DNA of 64,000 nt from Octopus sinensis (taxonomy: Eukaryota). Position numbers and translations under genes: made by a program. Every line of letters begins with the position of its first letter. Positions within the stretch are counted from its first letter, which is position 1. Of the stretch, positions 12,495 through 25,305 are shown piece by piece. The stretch spans positions 1 through 64,000 of the forward strand of contig NW_021833083.1 of assembly GCF_006345805.1 (NCBI RefSeq), in the 5' to 3' direction. The notes under the pieces were generated by a model. The model saw nothing but the letters and a program-made list of their open reading frames with translations, did not search any database and was not told the DNA's origin.

Positions 12495-12905
12495 TCTTTC
12501 TCTTTCTCTTTTTCTTGTTTTAGTCATTTGATAGCGGCCATGCTAGAGCACCGCCTAGAAGGGTTTTAGTCGAATAAATCGACACCAGCACTCTTTAAAA
12601 ACATAGTACTTATTCTATCGGGATCTTATGCCGAACTGTTAAGTTACAGGGACATAAACATACCAAAAACGGTTGTCAAGTGCTGGTGGGGATACAAATA
12701 CAGATACACAAAGACACATACACACACACGCACACATGTAACACACACACGTATGGATTGGCTTCTTTCAATTTCCGTCTACCATATCCAATCACAAGGC
12801 TTTGGTCGGTCAGGGTTGTAGTAGAAGACACTTGCCCAAGGTGTCATGCAGCGGAACTGAATACGGAAACGTGTGTTTGGGAAGTAAGCTTCTTACTACA
12901 CTGAT
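12495..12905 (-). mobile_element. SINE family B, diverged full-length copy
   Basis: Both modules are present: AGACACTTGCCCAAGG (reverse complement of the CORE-like box) and GCGGCCATGCTAGAGCACCGCC. Confidence 0.85.
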
Positions 12906-12920
12906 GCCTGTGTTTATAAG

Positions 12921-13019
12921 AAATATGGAACGCTTCACGAATATGCGTGTCATCCTTGAGAAACGGCTATGCTAATCTTCTCTGTATCATTGCAATTTTA
13001 TTATATGTATTGCCGAAGC
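12921..13019 (-). pseudogene. U6: U6 snRNA pseudogene
   Basis: Minus strand reads GCTTCGGCAATACATATAATAAAATTGCAATGATACAGAGAAGATTAGCATAGCCGTTTCTCAAGGATGACACGCATATTCGTGAAGCGTTCCATATTT. That is about 11 substitutions in 99 nt versus U6 as I recall it. The ACAGAGA box is intact, the ISL is mutated, and the first ~6 nt are missing. Confidence 0.93.
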
Positions 13020-13119
13020 CTGTGTGCTGATGATATTTTTACTTATTTATTGGTATATCTGTTGCCGAAGCAATAGATATACTAATAAATAAGTGAAAAT
13101 ATCATCAGCACACAGGCTT
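13016..13119. repeat. 50-bp-arm fold-back (hairpin) with a 4-nt loop
   Basis: Arms at 13016-13065 and 13070-13119, loop CGAA. There are 47/50 Watson-Crick pairs, and the other three are G-U on the plus strand. Confidence 0.95.
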
Positions 13120-13327
13120 GCTACAGAACTGTAATACAACACTGTGTTGTTTCCATAAAAATGTAACATAGCAATAATTTATTTTGAGAATCGAGACCAC
13201 TGTTTGAATAATTTATAAACATTGAAAAAGTGACTGAAGAGGCGGCGAAAAGTTTTTCGGAAAAGAAAGACCGTAGAGAAACAAGTGAGGTGTTGATAGT
13301 TTTAGTAATATGGCTCTTGTAAATCGA

Positions 13328-13700
13328 TGAGCTGGCAGAAACGTTAGCACGCCGGGCGAAATGTGTAGCCGTATTTCGTCTGTCGTTACGTCCTGAGTTC
13401 AAATACCGTCGAGGTCGACTCTGCCTTTCATCCTTTCGGGGTCGATTAAATAAGTACCAGTTACGCATTGGGGTCGATATAATCGACTTAATCCGTTTGT
13501 CTGTCTCCTCTGTGTTTAGCCCCTTGTGGGTAGTAAAGAAATAGGTATTTCGTCTGCCGCTACGTTCAAATACCACCGAGGTCGACTTTGCCTTTCATCC
13601 TTTCGGGGTCGATTAAATAAGTACCAGTTACGTACTGGGGTCGATATAATCAACTTAATCCGTTTCTCTGTCCTTGTTTGTCCCCTCTATGTTTAGCCCC
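13328..13700 (+). mobile_element. SINE family A head-to-tail dimer (tail-1)
   Basis: A full unit runs to ...TAAAGAAATA (13543). A second unit restarts at GGTATTTCGTC (13544) and ends AATAAAGAAATA (13700). Confidence 0.92.
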
Positions 13701-14229
13701 TTGTGGGCAATAAAGAAATAAGAATCGTTAGTACGATCGTTAGCAGAATCATTAATTGTTACCACCTCCCCGAACTTGCCAAAATTTGAAACCAATAATA
13801 TGGCTCTTCAAGGCATCGAACAGGTAAATTCGTTTAGCACGCCAAGTAAAATGCTTAGTGAAATTTCGTACATTTCTACGTTCTAAGTTCGAATTCTGCC
13901 GAGGTCGACTTTATCTTTCATTTTTCCGGGGTCGATATAATAAGATGCAGTTGTGTACAGGGGTTGATGTAATAAATTAAACTTCCTCCTCTGAACGTGC
14001 TGGGCTTGTGCCAAAATTTAAAATCAATAATGTATCGCTTTCGAACTGAAAGAAACTTAGTCTTAGTCAAACAGAAAGTTATATCATATTGTGTGTGTAT
14101 GCGCGTGTGTGAATTTGTATGTTTGTTTGTGTTTGAGTATATATAATTATACAGACGTATGTTTATATATTAAATATGTTTATATAAATGCTTGTAACTA
14201 CATTCGTATGCCTTCATGTTGTCTTACTC

Positions 14230-14687
14230 TTTTTAATTTAGAATAAATTTTGACCGACCACCTGCTTGGTAGCAAGGCTGTGAAGGAAAGTTATCTTCCT
14301 TTGTTCAGCCTTTAAATCTTAAGAAGATTTTGCAGATTTTTATAATTCCAGATATCGCGATCATTTGTACTGCATTAAGGATTTGTGTTCTTATACCCCA
14401 CGCCAATCGAAACACAAGTTCTGCTATACTTTGCTCCAGATGGGTTGGCGCGTATCCTTTTGCTTCAATAATAATAGGTATGAAGTTGAAAGTGTTTCTT
14501 GTGTACTGAATCTGCAAACTCCTTATCAATGGTCCATAGGTGTCCCTTTGTATTTTTCTAACCGTATTGGTGTCCAGAGGGCAGCGAATTTCTACATCTT
14601 TTCCATGCGGACCCACAAAACAATATCTGGTCGACTGGATTTTAATTTGATAGCTGTTTTAAGTATTAAGTTTCACGAATATTCTTT

Positions 14688-14690
<3 letters not shown>
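14230..14690 (-). mobile_element. RLE-type (R4-clade-like) non-LTR retrotransposon 3' relic
   Basis: Minus-strand SSRPDIVLW...(frameshift)...VEIRCPLDTN...FNFIPIIIEAKGY...ISGIIKICKIFLRF is a degenerate PD-(D/E)xK endonuclease C-terminus. Its 5' truncation abuts (ACAT)n. Confidence 0.75.
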
Positions 14691-14719
<29 letters not shown>

Positions 14720-15033
14720 TGTATGTATGTATGTATGTATGTATGTATGTATGTATGTATGTATGTATGTTTGTATGTATGTATGTATGTATGTATGTAT
14801 GTACGTACGTCCATACGTATGTATGTACACATGAAATGTATGTACATATCTATCTATATATGGGTGGTAGTGAGGTTTTTGCGTGCTTGTATGAGTATAT
14901 GCATATCTGCGTCTTTCTTTATCTCCTCCTCTATCTGTATATGTATATACATCATAGATAGAAAGATAGATACATACATACACACACGCATACATATCCA
15001 CAAACACTCACATACACACAACACACAGAGACT

Positions 15034-15101
<68 letters not shown>

Positions 15102-15955
15102 CCACTACCACACAACAACAACAAGGCAAACACAAGCCAAACGAAGCAGCATCAATCCCTTATTAGACAAGGATGAAAAGCGACACAAAAAGATTTTTAA
15201 GGATGAAAAAAAAAACAAATAAATAAATATTGTAGACGTGGAAGTTACTCTTTTGAAGAAGGGAAAAAAATGAAACTTATTTCTCTTTTTTGAACATATA
15301 TAAGAACAAGAAAATATATATAATTAAAATAGAATTCTTAAGAGCACTTAAAAGTCCACAAATGGTTCTCTGAAGAAGAATTCTTTTTTCTCTTTTTGCG
15401 CCTTGTATCTGATGAGAAAAACATGTAAAAACTAATGTAAAAAATTATACGTTGTAAATAGACTCAACAATAACAAAACAACCGAGAACTGTTTCAACAA
15501 ATAATAAACACCAGAAGAACAATCGTATTAACACTAGAAAAGAGTTTCCATTTATTTTTTAAACTATATTAGAAAATGATATGTTCACACATTATCTAGT
15601 TATTTTCTTTGCTTCTCGTCGTTGTCGTCGTCATTATCACGATCACCATAACAACCACAAACACAATGACGACGACGACGACGACCACCACCACCACCAC
15701 TACCACCACCACCATCACCATCACTGCTGCCCGTAATCTCCGCTCCACCATTACTAACGCGGCATTAATAATAATTGTCTCGTGGTAGTTTGAGGGAGGA
15801 GAGCGTCGATTACATCGGCCCCCAACGCTAGATTGTTACTTCATTACATCGCAGCCGAAAGGACGAAAAAGCAAAGTTAAGCCTAGACAGATTCGAAGTT
15901 AGAATGTAAAGAGCCGAATTCAAACATATGTAATGAATTTGCTGTACCATCGCCC

Positions 15956-16032
<77 letters not shown>

Positions 16033-16033
<1 letters not shown>

Positions 16034-16543
16034 GATGGTATAGGCACACACCAGAAAAGGTCACAGAAAACGAGAAAGCAACCATACTCTGGGATATGCC
16101 GATACACACATATAGAGAAATTAAGGCCAACAGACCAGATATAGTTGTCAGAGATCATGAAGAAACAAAATGCTTTCTAATTGATGTATCAATACCGGCA
16201 GATGACAACGTGTCTCTAAAAGAAATGGAGAAACTCTCAAAATACAAAGACCTGGAAATAGAGGTAACTAGAATGTGGAATCTGAAAACAGAAACAATTC
16301 CTATCATAGTAGGTGCATTAGGCATGATAAAAAAATATTCAGACAAATACATAACAAAAACACCAGGACTTACAAACACATATAACATACAGAAAATTGC
16401 ACTACTAGGCACTGCACACATCCTACGCAGAACACTTTCCATACAATAACCATCAGAGCATCACAACAAATCACAGCACATACCCAAGGCACACAGAGCT
16501 GCGCTCGGTAGTGAAGTGAAAGCACGCTATAAAAATAAAACTA

Positions 16544-16546
<3 letters not shown>
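16033..16546 (+). mobile_element. Dong/R4-like non-LTR retrotransposon, 5'-truncated, in (TAA)n
   Basis: ORF 16096-16449: EIKANRPDIVVRD...CFLIDVSIPADDNV..KEMEKLSKYKDL...IPIIVGALG...IQKIALLGTAHILRR (restriction-like endonuclease). (TAA)n flanks both sides (15957-16032 and 16547-16578). Confidence 0.93.
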
Positions 16547-16578
<32 letters not shown>

Positions 16579-16579
<1 letters not shown>

Positions 16580-17322
16580 CTCAACGATTCTATGTGGTGA
16601 AAAGATGAGAAAACAGCAACATTCCCACAAAAAGCCTTCTTGGCAAGAGCGTATTCAACACCAAATTAAGCTTCTTAGGTCTGACAGAGAATGTTTGAAA
16701 AACCTTGAGTTTGACAAGACTACCAAACCTACAAAAACCCGAAAATTAAAGAAAAAATATAATATGAAAACCATACTTGACATTGATACCACCGTAGAAA
16801 CGATCAAGCAAAAGTTATGTGCTAAAGCTGCACGCATAGCGTGGTATGAAAAGCGTGTTAGATTCTTCAAGGACAACATGTTAAAAAATAAGCCCAAAAA
16901 TTTTTACAGGAAGATAGGGAAAACACCAGTTACTGTAAAATCTGTCCCATCAAAAGAAGTGCAGGGATTTTGGAATAAAATTTAGGCAGAAGTAAAACAC
17001 ACAACTAAAAGGACCCTTGGATTGATAGAATATCTACAGACTTGGACTCCTTAGAGGGGCAAAAGTGGGAGGGTGTCAAGGTAGAATATATAAGATCTGC
17101 TCTCAGGAGGTCAAGCACGTGGAAATCTCCAGGAAAAGATAAAATTCCTAACTTCTGGTTGAATACCTTCCCAGAGAGACATGAACTGCTAACAAAACTT
17201 TACAACGATGGTTTGCAACACCCTAGTATGATGCCCTCTTGGCTAGTTAATGGTTTAACATTCCTGCTTCCAAAAAGTGAAGAAACAAATGAACCAAAAA
17301 ATTATAGACCCATAACCTGGGT
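16579..17322 (+). mobile_element. R4/Dong-like pre-RT and RT N-terminal relic (pseudogene)
   Basis: KKPSWQERI...ETIKQKLCAKAARI...KPKNFYRKI...FW and WKSPGKDKIPNFWL...WLVNGLTFLLPKS....KNYRPIT (RT domains 0/1), with a stop and frameshifts. Confidence 0.88.
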
Positions 17323-17410
17323 GCATCAAACCAAATGTTTAGCGGCATTTCTTCCAACTATACGTATGTATTCAAATCGAGACCAATTTTCCTTTAATAA
17401 ATTCAGAGTC

Positions 17411-17810
17411 GCAGGAGTGGCTGTGTGGTAAGTAGCTTGCTTACCAACCACATGGTTCCGGATTCACTCCCACTGCGTGGCACCTTGGGCAAGTGTCTTC
17501 TACTATAGCCTAGGGCTATAGTGGATTTGGTAGACGGAAACTGAAAGAAGCCCGTCGTATATATGTATATGTATATATATGTATGTGTGTGTTTGTGTGT
17601 CTGTGTTTGTCTCCCCCCCAACATCGCTTGACAACCGATGCTGGGGTGTTTATGTCCCTGTAACTTAGCAGTTCGGCAAAAGAGACCGATAGAATAAGTA
17701 CCAGGCTTACAAAGAATAAGTCCTGGGGTCGATTTGCTCGACTAAAGGTGGTGCTCCAGCATGACAGCAGTCAAATGACTGAAACAAGTAAAAGAGTAAA
17801 AGAGTAAAGA
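17411..17810 (+). mobile_element. SINE family B (tRNA head, CORE-like box, internal microsatellite), full length
   Basis: A box TGGCTGTGTGG, B-box-like GGATTCACTCC, CACCTTGGGCAAGTGTCTTCT, and (AAAGAGT)n tail. TSD AGAGTCG at 17405-17411 and 17810-17816. Confidence 0.92.
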
Positions 17811-20248
17811 GAGTCGATAAATTAAAGTACTAATTAAGCACTGGGGCTGATGCAATCGGCTAACCCACTTCTTCCTAAAATATTACTGGTTTTGTGCCGA
17901 AACCAGTAGCAACATTTCGTGTCTATATAAAATATTTGGAATTTTTACTCAATTCCGCGCATTCTTTATACCATTTCTCTTATTATCCAAACAACAAAGG
18001 AAATCCTTATTAATATAATATATTGATTAGGAGAGAAATGCTGTGAAAGTTTTCCTCTTGAACCATCTTTTACAGAGGCCATAATTCATTGCTCAGATGT
18101 TTTTTTAGTTTAAAAAGATACAGAGAAATAATCAGACGTAATAATACTTGTGTTACTAACAACACTTGTATCACCAATAAGCTGGATATTGAAACAATAT
18201 AATTCAATACTTTAAGGTGCTCATATATTGGTATTTAAGTTTCCGTGTTTTATATATGACATCCTGACATTTAATATGATTTAATTTGTAAACACTTAAC
18301 TATTATTTTTCATACGAATGGTGTCTCTGAGTTAATTTATTTCCTAAAATCTTGTGAGTATTCTTTTACTATTTTGGCATATACGTAAAAGCAAATGCTT
18401 TGCTGATGTGATATTAATCAGATCCAAACATGCCTCAGGCTTTCTCCTGCATTTGCTGAAGTATTTACAATAATATTAGTCATTAAGTAATAATGATTTT
18501 TTTTCCAGACCGCATAATTGTTTCTCGTTAGTCTTTTGATCTACCTTACATCAACTATGTTAACACTTGCTAGACTTATGGTATTAAAACACTATTAAAA
18601 TAACCTCTTATTTACACATTATGTCTGTAATCTGAAAGCAGTAATTCCTTCGTGTATCACTAATCTTTACTCTTATGTATATAACATCAGTAAATTGCTT
18701 CATAAAGTCGAGATAAAAAAAAACTGTAATTTTGACCACTCATTTGTAAAGTTATTATAGGAAATTAACTTTGAAACACAATGTTAATTTAAGTAAAAGA
18801 AATTATAGTTTCCCACTGTCTTTGTGAAATTTCAACGCAGGTTTGAAAGTTCTAATGTAAAGTTAAAGGTTAAATATTGTAAACAATTAATAAATAAAAG
18901 AAAATTCTTAAGACAATAAATTTCAATAAAAGGTCAAATATAATGTAAACTAAAACAAACAAACTAAAACAAACATGTAAATATTAACTGTTAGGTGAAC
19001 TGTGCATATCTAGAAAAATATGCCACACATTTCAAATTACATCTCTTTCCGAGACCCTGCCCTTTATAATTCTAATATAGCGAGAGAATTTAAAGAAAAA
19101 CAAACTTCCATCCACATTTAATAAGGCACTAATATTTTAAGTCCAGACTAATAAAGTAGTTTTACACTTCTCTCTTCTCTAAATAAATGCCCTAGGTAAA
19201 GATGTCAATAGTACGAATAACAGCGACAACAACGAAAATTACTAATTGGCTGATCTTTATCTGAAATAATATATAAATACGGATGTTGGCTTGAAGAAAC
19301 AAGCCAACCTCCATACGCTTTTAAGAAGAGGAACTGAATAATTAAATGTTGTGCGAAAAGACCTTGTTGAATGAATTAGAAAAGCACTTGGCGACTCCAT
19401 AAACGCGGGTTGTAGATAAAACAAAGGTATAAAGTTTCTTGCTCTTTAGAACGGAACTAATTTCATTTTATAAACTGCTCATGCGTATGCGAAGAAACGG
19501 AAAGAAATGCAAGTTTGGCTTAAATAAAACTCGAATTTAGAAGCAGGCTGCATGAAATCCAAGACATTTCAAACAAAAATAAGTTAAGAATTCGTGTGAT
19601 TCTTAGAGATTTGAAGACGATTAATGATTTCCAGTGAACCTGAAGTATATATATTTTTTACACGAATACTTTTATTTTCTTACGAATAAAATGATAATTG
19701 TTCATATTTATTTGTTTCTTTTTCTAGTCCGATGGTTATTTTTTAGTCAGCCATTTCTGGTGTACATATTTCGGAGTTTATACACTTTTATTCCGAACCA
19801 CTTCACAATTACTGTAGTATGAATCATATTTGATCCCAGTAAACCACGCAATGGAAAGAAAAAAAAATGTTGAACCAGACGACAGTGGTGAGAACAAGAA
19901 TAATAAACCAATGACTACGACGACGATGGCGATAATTGAAACAACAACATACTTCATTTTTAATAATAATTACACGTTTAAAGTAAAACAAAACACTAAG
20001 ATATTTGAAGAATGAAAACTATTAAATTAACAGAGATAAAGATCTAAAAAAAAGAAATCATTGGATGGAAGCTGTTTTGGTATTAATAAATGAATGTTTT
20101 TATTTAAATACGGGAATGTTTTAAATCAAAATATGGGAATGATTTGATATCAAACCGTAAGTGTCGTAACAAACAGAATTTAAACCTTCGGTCTCTTTCT
20201 CATCTTTTTATAATTAAAAAGAACATTATTTTTTATTTACCCTTATGC

Positions 20249-20346
<98 letters not shown>

Positions 20347-20516
20347 GTCTGTCTGTCTGTCTGCCTGCCTGCCTGCCTGCCTGTCTGTCTGTCTGTTCGT
20401 TATTAGAGATGGAATCAGTATTAGTTCAAAACAGCAATCTGTATATCATACTTTACGCAGAGGAAAATCGTTCAGCAGCGGTGATGATATTGTTTCTTTG
20501 AGCTTCGTTAACACAC

Positions 20517-20561
<45 letters not shown>

Positions 20562-21089
20562 CACGCACACACACACATGCACACACGTCACACACACACA
20601 CACAAATACACACACACGCGCATACACACACCAGAGCCACACATATAACAATAATGATCAAATGGATGTTCCTCGTACTTTTATGGAAACCTGGCTAGGT
20701 TATATGGAACCAAAGCAAATAACATCTATAATAGTTACTTCTAAGACTAATTGCTCTAGCCGCCATTTGCAACTGAGTTTCACTTCGTAACATGCGCCAT
20801 ATTTTCGCTAGTAGTTTTAGGTACCCATGCGCTCGTGAACAGATATTTCCTCGACCCCGTCACCAACTCATGAACAAGTGGAACATCCTGGATGCACCTA
20901 CGCTCTGTTAGTACTCATTACCGCTGAGCAGACTGGAACAACGGAAAATGAAATGCCTTGTCCAAGCACGTAGAGCGACATCTTGTGAGCTAATGATCAT
21001 GAATTGAATACCATAGCAACTAAGCTACGTGCCTTCAGGTTTTTTTCATAAACATGAATCTTTTGAAATATTTCTAAGGAAATAGGAGT

Positions 21090-21262
21090 AGGCGTAGGAG
21101 TGGCTGTGTGGTAAGTAGCTTGCTTACGAACCACATGGTTCCGGGTTCAGTCCCACTGCGTGGCACCTTGGGCAAGTGTCTTCTACTATAACCTCGAGCC
21201 GACCAAAGCCCTGTGAGTGGATTTGGTAGACGGAAACTGAAAGAAGCCCGTCGTATATATGC

Positions 21263-21344
<82 letters not shown>

Positions 21345-21560
21345 ATATGTTTGTTCTGTGTTTGTCCCCCTAGCATTGCTTGACAACCGATGCTGGTGTG
21401 TTTACGTCCCTGTCACTTAGCGGTTCGGCAAAACAGACCGATACAATAAGTACTAGGCTTACAAAGAATAAATCCTGGGGTCGATTTGCTCGACTAAAGG
21501 CGGGGATCCAGCATGGCCTCAGTCAAATAACTGAAACAAGTAAAGGAGTAAAAAGAGAGA
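21090..21560 (+). mobile_element. SINE family B, full length
   Basis: GGCGTAGGAGTGGCTGTGTGG...GGTTCAGTCCC...; internal (TA)n ~21255-21345; 3' module to AAACAAGTAAAGGAGTAAAA. Confidence 0.93.
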
Positions 21561-21849
21561 GAGAGAGTAAATAAAATGGAAGGTTGTAATGCCTATTACT
21601 TTCTACAAGGTAATGCTGGTAAATATTTTACCTTTACCAGACGTGAACATGGAACAAGTAGAAAATTCACCTCTAAGGGTTCGGGACCTACACGGAGAAA
21701 ATTGAAATTTTTTAACTGGCAATCGCGTTAAATTTAGCTTAACCAGTGACTTGTTGGAAAAATAACGCAAAGAAAGAGCAAAATTGTACAAAATAGGAAA
21801 ATTTGTTAATAGGCATAAAATAATCTTCTTTCAACATATGCACGAGGTC

Positions 21850-22460
21850 AGAAGTCTAGTAAACTGGCTCAGTATCTGACTGGTTCTCTATTTCATTGAT
21901 CCTGGTGGGAAAAAAGGGTAAAATCAACTTTGACGGAACATAAACTCAGAATGTAAAAGACCGGAACAAAATACTGCATCTTATTCTTTCCGATGCCATA
22001 ACAATTCTGTCAATCCACTGCTCTCGCAGTTATGAAATAATGCTTTCTAATTTAGGTACAAGGCCAGCAATTTTGAAGGGAAGGGGTTAGTTATTACTAG
22101 TGACTCTAGTAATTGACTGGTACTTTATTTTATTGGTCCCAAAGTTAACCTCGGCGTGATTTAAACTCAGAACGTAACAATCAGAGGAAATTCCGAAAGG
22201 AAAATTGTTTACGACACTCTAACGATTCTGGCAGCGCATCGCCTCAAACATTTGCTTCTAATTTAGGTATAAAGCCAGCAGTTTGGAGGAGAGTGGGGTT
22301 AGTTGATTACATCGATATTAGTTCTTATTTTATCGATCTTGCAAGGATTAAAGCAAAGTTGATACTGGTGCGATTTGAACTCAGAACGTAATGAACTGAA
22401 ACAAATACAGGAAGCGTATTTTGTGCGAAGCTGTAATAATTCTGCTAATTGGCCGCCCTT
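21850..22460 (-). mobile_element. Three consecutive decayed SINE family A copies
   Basis: Recurring AACTCAGAA(C/T)GTAA and ACGATTCTG/AATTCTG motifs at ~21945, ~22165 and ~22380, each preceded by a tail-2-like AAGGCCAGCAATTTTG or a core relic. Confidence 0.7.
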
Positions 22461-23587
22461 ATAAACACCAATACATAACAAATCGATGATCTAAAATCGA
22501 TTCATCTTTCTTCTTCTTCTTTTTTCTCTCCCTTTATCTCTTATTCTATTTACTTCCCTTGTATTTTGTAAACAACATCCGAAAGAAGGCAACGAGAAAC
22601 TATCTTTGTATTGATCCTGGCAAATTCCATGACAAGTACATAGTTCTTGATCAAGAAGTCATGCTGATTTTTCGTCTACCTGGGGTTAAAAAAGAACACC
22701 AACAGCAGTAACAACAATAATTAGACATGCAGATACGTTAGCTACATGCAGATGCATACACACTCTCACATATATCAAACTTACACCGACGTTACACACC
22801 CACTTTGTCTGTCTCACACGCATATATATACATACGTATTCATTATATGTATATACATACATGTGTAAATATATGTATATATGATGGCTGCAGCTCAATT
22901 TTGAGCCATGCTATCGCTTGATTGTTGTCTTAAACATTATTAGTGCAGATGTGGCTTTTAAGTTTTGGTAGTGACCTGCACTCATCTGTGGTACCGAGGT
23001 AATAACCTTGGATGCCTTTTGTAGTTGGTGTTCAGAGATCATAACAGCCACGCTGACACCGGCCTTCATTCCATCATGGAGTTTTGCATTAAGTGTTTTG
23101 CCTTTCTTGGCTACCGCCAACCATAGTATACAAGACACAATAGAGACTTTAAAAATCAATCGATGTGTATATATACATGTTTATTAGAAGGTTTGGAGAT
23201 TATGTACAGGTATTTTATATTAGAAGAAATGAGGTACTCAGAAATTCGGATGGTTTTATATTTACAGATATTTATTTGTATGTTACATATTTTTATACAT
23301 TATATATCATATATCATATATTAGCGCTTTGGTCCATTCTAGTATATATACATACACATACACATAAACATACACATACACATACACATACACATACATA
23401 TTTACAGTCCACTCATCTTTAAATGGGTAATCCTGCGACAAATTGGGGTCCCGTTCGGGTGGAATGTTGACCTGCCCACCAAGCTAGCGGGGTGGTATTG
23501 TTCGGATGCTATGATAATGCGAAGAAGAATATTAGGACCAGCAGTTGTATATCGACATTTGATATTCTGGATGAAACTGCGATATTC

Positions 23588-23620
<33 letters not shown>

Positions 23621-24765
23621 TGCGTGTGTGTGTGTGTGTGTGTGTATGTGTGTGTGAGTGTGGGTATGTATGGATGAATAGCTAGGAAATAAATCTGTAA
23701 CACTAGATTTCAATTTAGCCCTGATCAAGATAAACGAAAATATCACGAAACAGTCTTTTTATATAATTGCTGTTTTGTTCATCTTTGATGATCTAAATAC
23801 AAAATTGATGACAGCTTTTGGAGATTCCTAAACACTTTCCATATGAAATTTTCTGGAGTTGCTTTTAACACCTTTGTTTCATAAATAACAAGTATATTTT
23901 TGTTGAAAATTATTTCTGCGACCAAATATTTTTTTTTGTCAAAGCATTTATACCAATTAACAAATATAGAAAACAAAAATAAAACAACACCACCAAAAGT
24001 ATAAATATATATATATATATATATATAAGAATTATATAAATATATAAACAACAGATAAACGCTACCTCTCAACAGCAATGTTCTATATATAAACAATTCA
24101 TTCAACCCCGCAAACTATAAATAAAAAAATAAATAGATGTTCTCACTGCAATCTTTATTTGACGTTACTTGTAAAATGTTTTTTAGATTTAGTACTGATA
24201 TAACTATTTTGTCAAGTGCTACCGTAATGGTATGCCCTGGTACGATATTTAGTGCTCTATACAAAAGTAAGGTCTTTATTTGTGCAGTTAGACACTTGGA
24301 TATTTCCATTTCTTTCTTTCCATTCCAGTTTTAGTTTATCTTTTGTATTTTACTATTTTTGTCTTCTTGGAATCTAAACAAAACCACCTAAAATTTCTTT
24401 CTTTCGAGATTATATATACAAAGCTATTTCTGTGAGAGGAAATATTATCTGCGGTGTACTTTTCACGTTCAGATGTATTCTTGATATAACCAGTGATGAT
24501 CACAAATGATAAATACTTTGCTCATTTGAAGATAATCCATCTTGGAGAAGGAAAATTAAGACTTCCAACTAAATAAATAACAATCCCCATGAGGACTGAA
24601 GCACATAGATGGCTAAGAAGATCCCATTGCAATCACGTAGTCTTTATGTCGATTCCACTAAACGGTACTTTAGGTAAGTATCTTCTACTGTACCCTCTGG
24701 TTGACCGTTACCTTGTGAGTATGGCATTTGGTGAATGGAAACCGTACAGAAGTCCATAAATTCTC

Positions 24766-24988
24766 TTTACTCTCTCTTTTACTCTTTTACTTGTTTCAGT
24801 AATTTGACTGCGGCCATGCTGGAGCAACGCCTTTAGTCGAGCAAATCGACACCAGGACTTATTCTTTGTAAGCCTAGTACTTATTCTATCGGTCTCTTTT
24901 GCCGAACCGCTAAGTTACGGGGACGTAAACACACCAGCATCGGTTGTCAAGCGATGTTGGGGGTACAAACACAGACACACAAACACAA

Positions 24989-25047
<59 letters not shown>

Positions 25048-25213
25048 GACATATATACGACGGGCTTCTTTTCAGTTTCCGTCTACTAAATCCACTAACA
25101 AGGCTTTGGTCAGCCCGAGTTGAAGACACTTGCCTAAGGTGCCACGCAGTGGGACTGAACCGGGAACCATGTGGCTGGTAAGCAAGCTACTTACCACACA
25201 GCCACTCCTGCGC

Positions 25214-25214
<1 letters not shown>
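24766..25214 (-). mobile_element. SINE family B, full length
   Basis: Reverse complement of the 17411-17810 pattern, including CCACACAGCCACTCCTGCGC at 25195-25213. Confidence 0.93.
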
Positions 25215-25244
<30 letters not shown>

Positions 25245-25274
25245 CATACATACATACATACATACATACATACA

Positions 25275-25304
<30 letters not shown>

Positions 25305-25305
<1 letters not shown>

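Noticed and set aside
12906-13025. GCCTGTGT on both sides of the U6 copy as a TSD
   Set aside because: The left copy overlaps the decayed SINE B head (CCTGCG-like) and the right copy overlaps the hairpin arm, so it cannot be distinguished from coincidence.
13233-13260. CTGAAGA-GGCGGC-GAAA as a hammerhead core
   Set aside because: Stem II would have only 1 bp, and there is no stem I or stem III pairing.
22911-23159. 82-aa minus-strand ORF with a signal-peptide-like start (MIFKVSIVSCILWLAVAKK)
   Set aside because: It starts at TTG, has no recognisable domain or splice support, and sits between microsatellites. Its length is compatible with chance.
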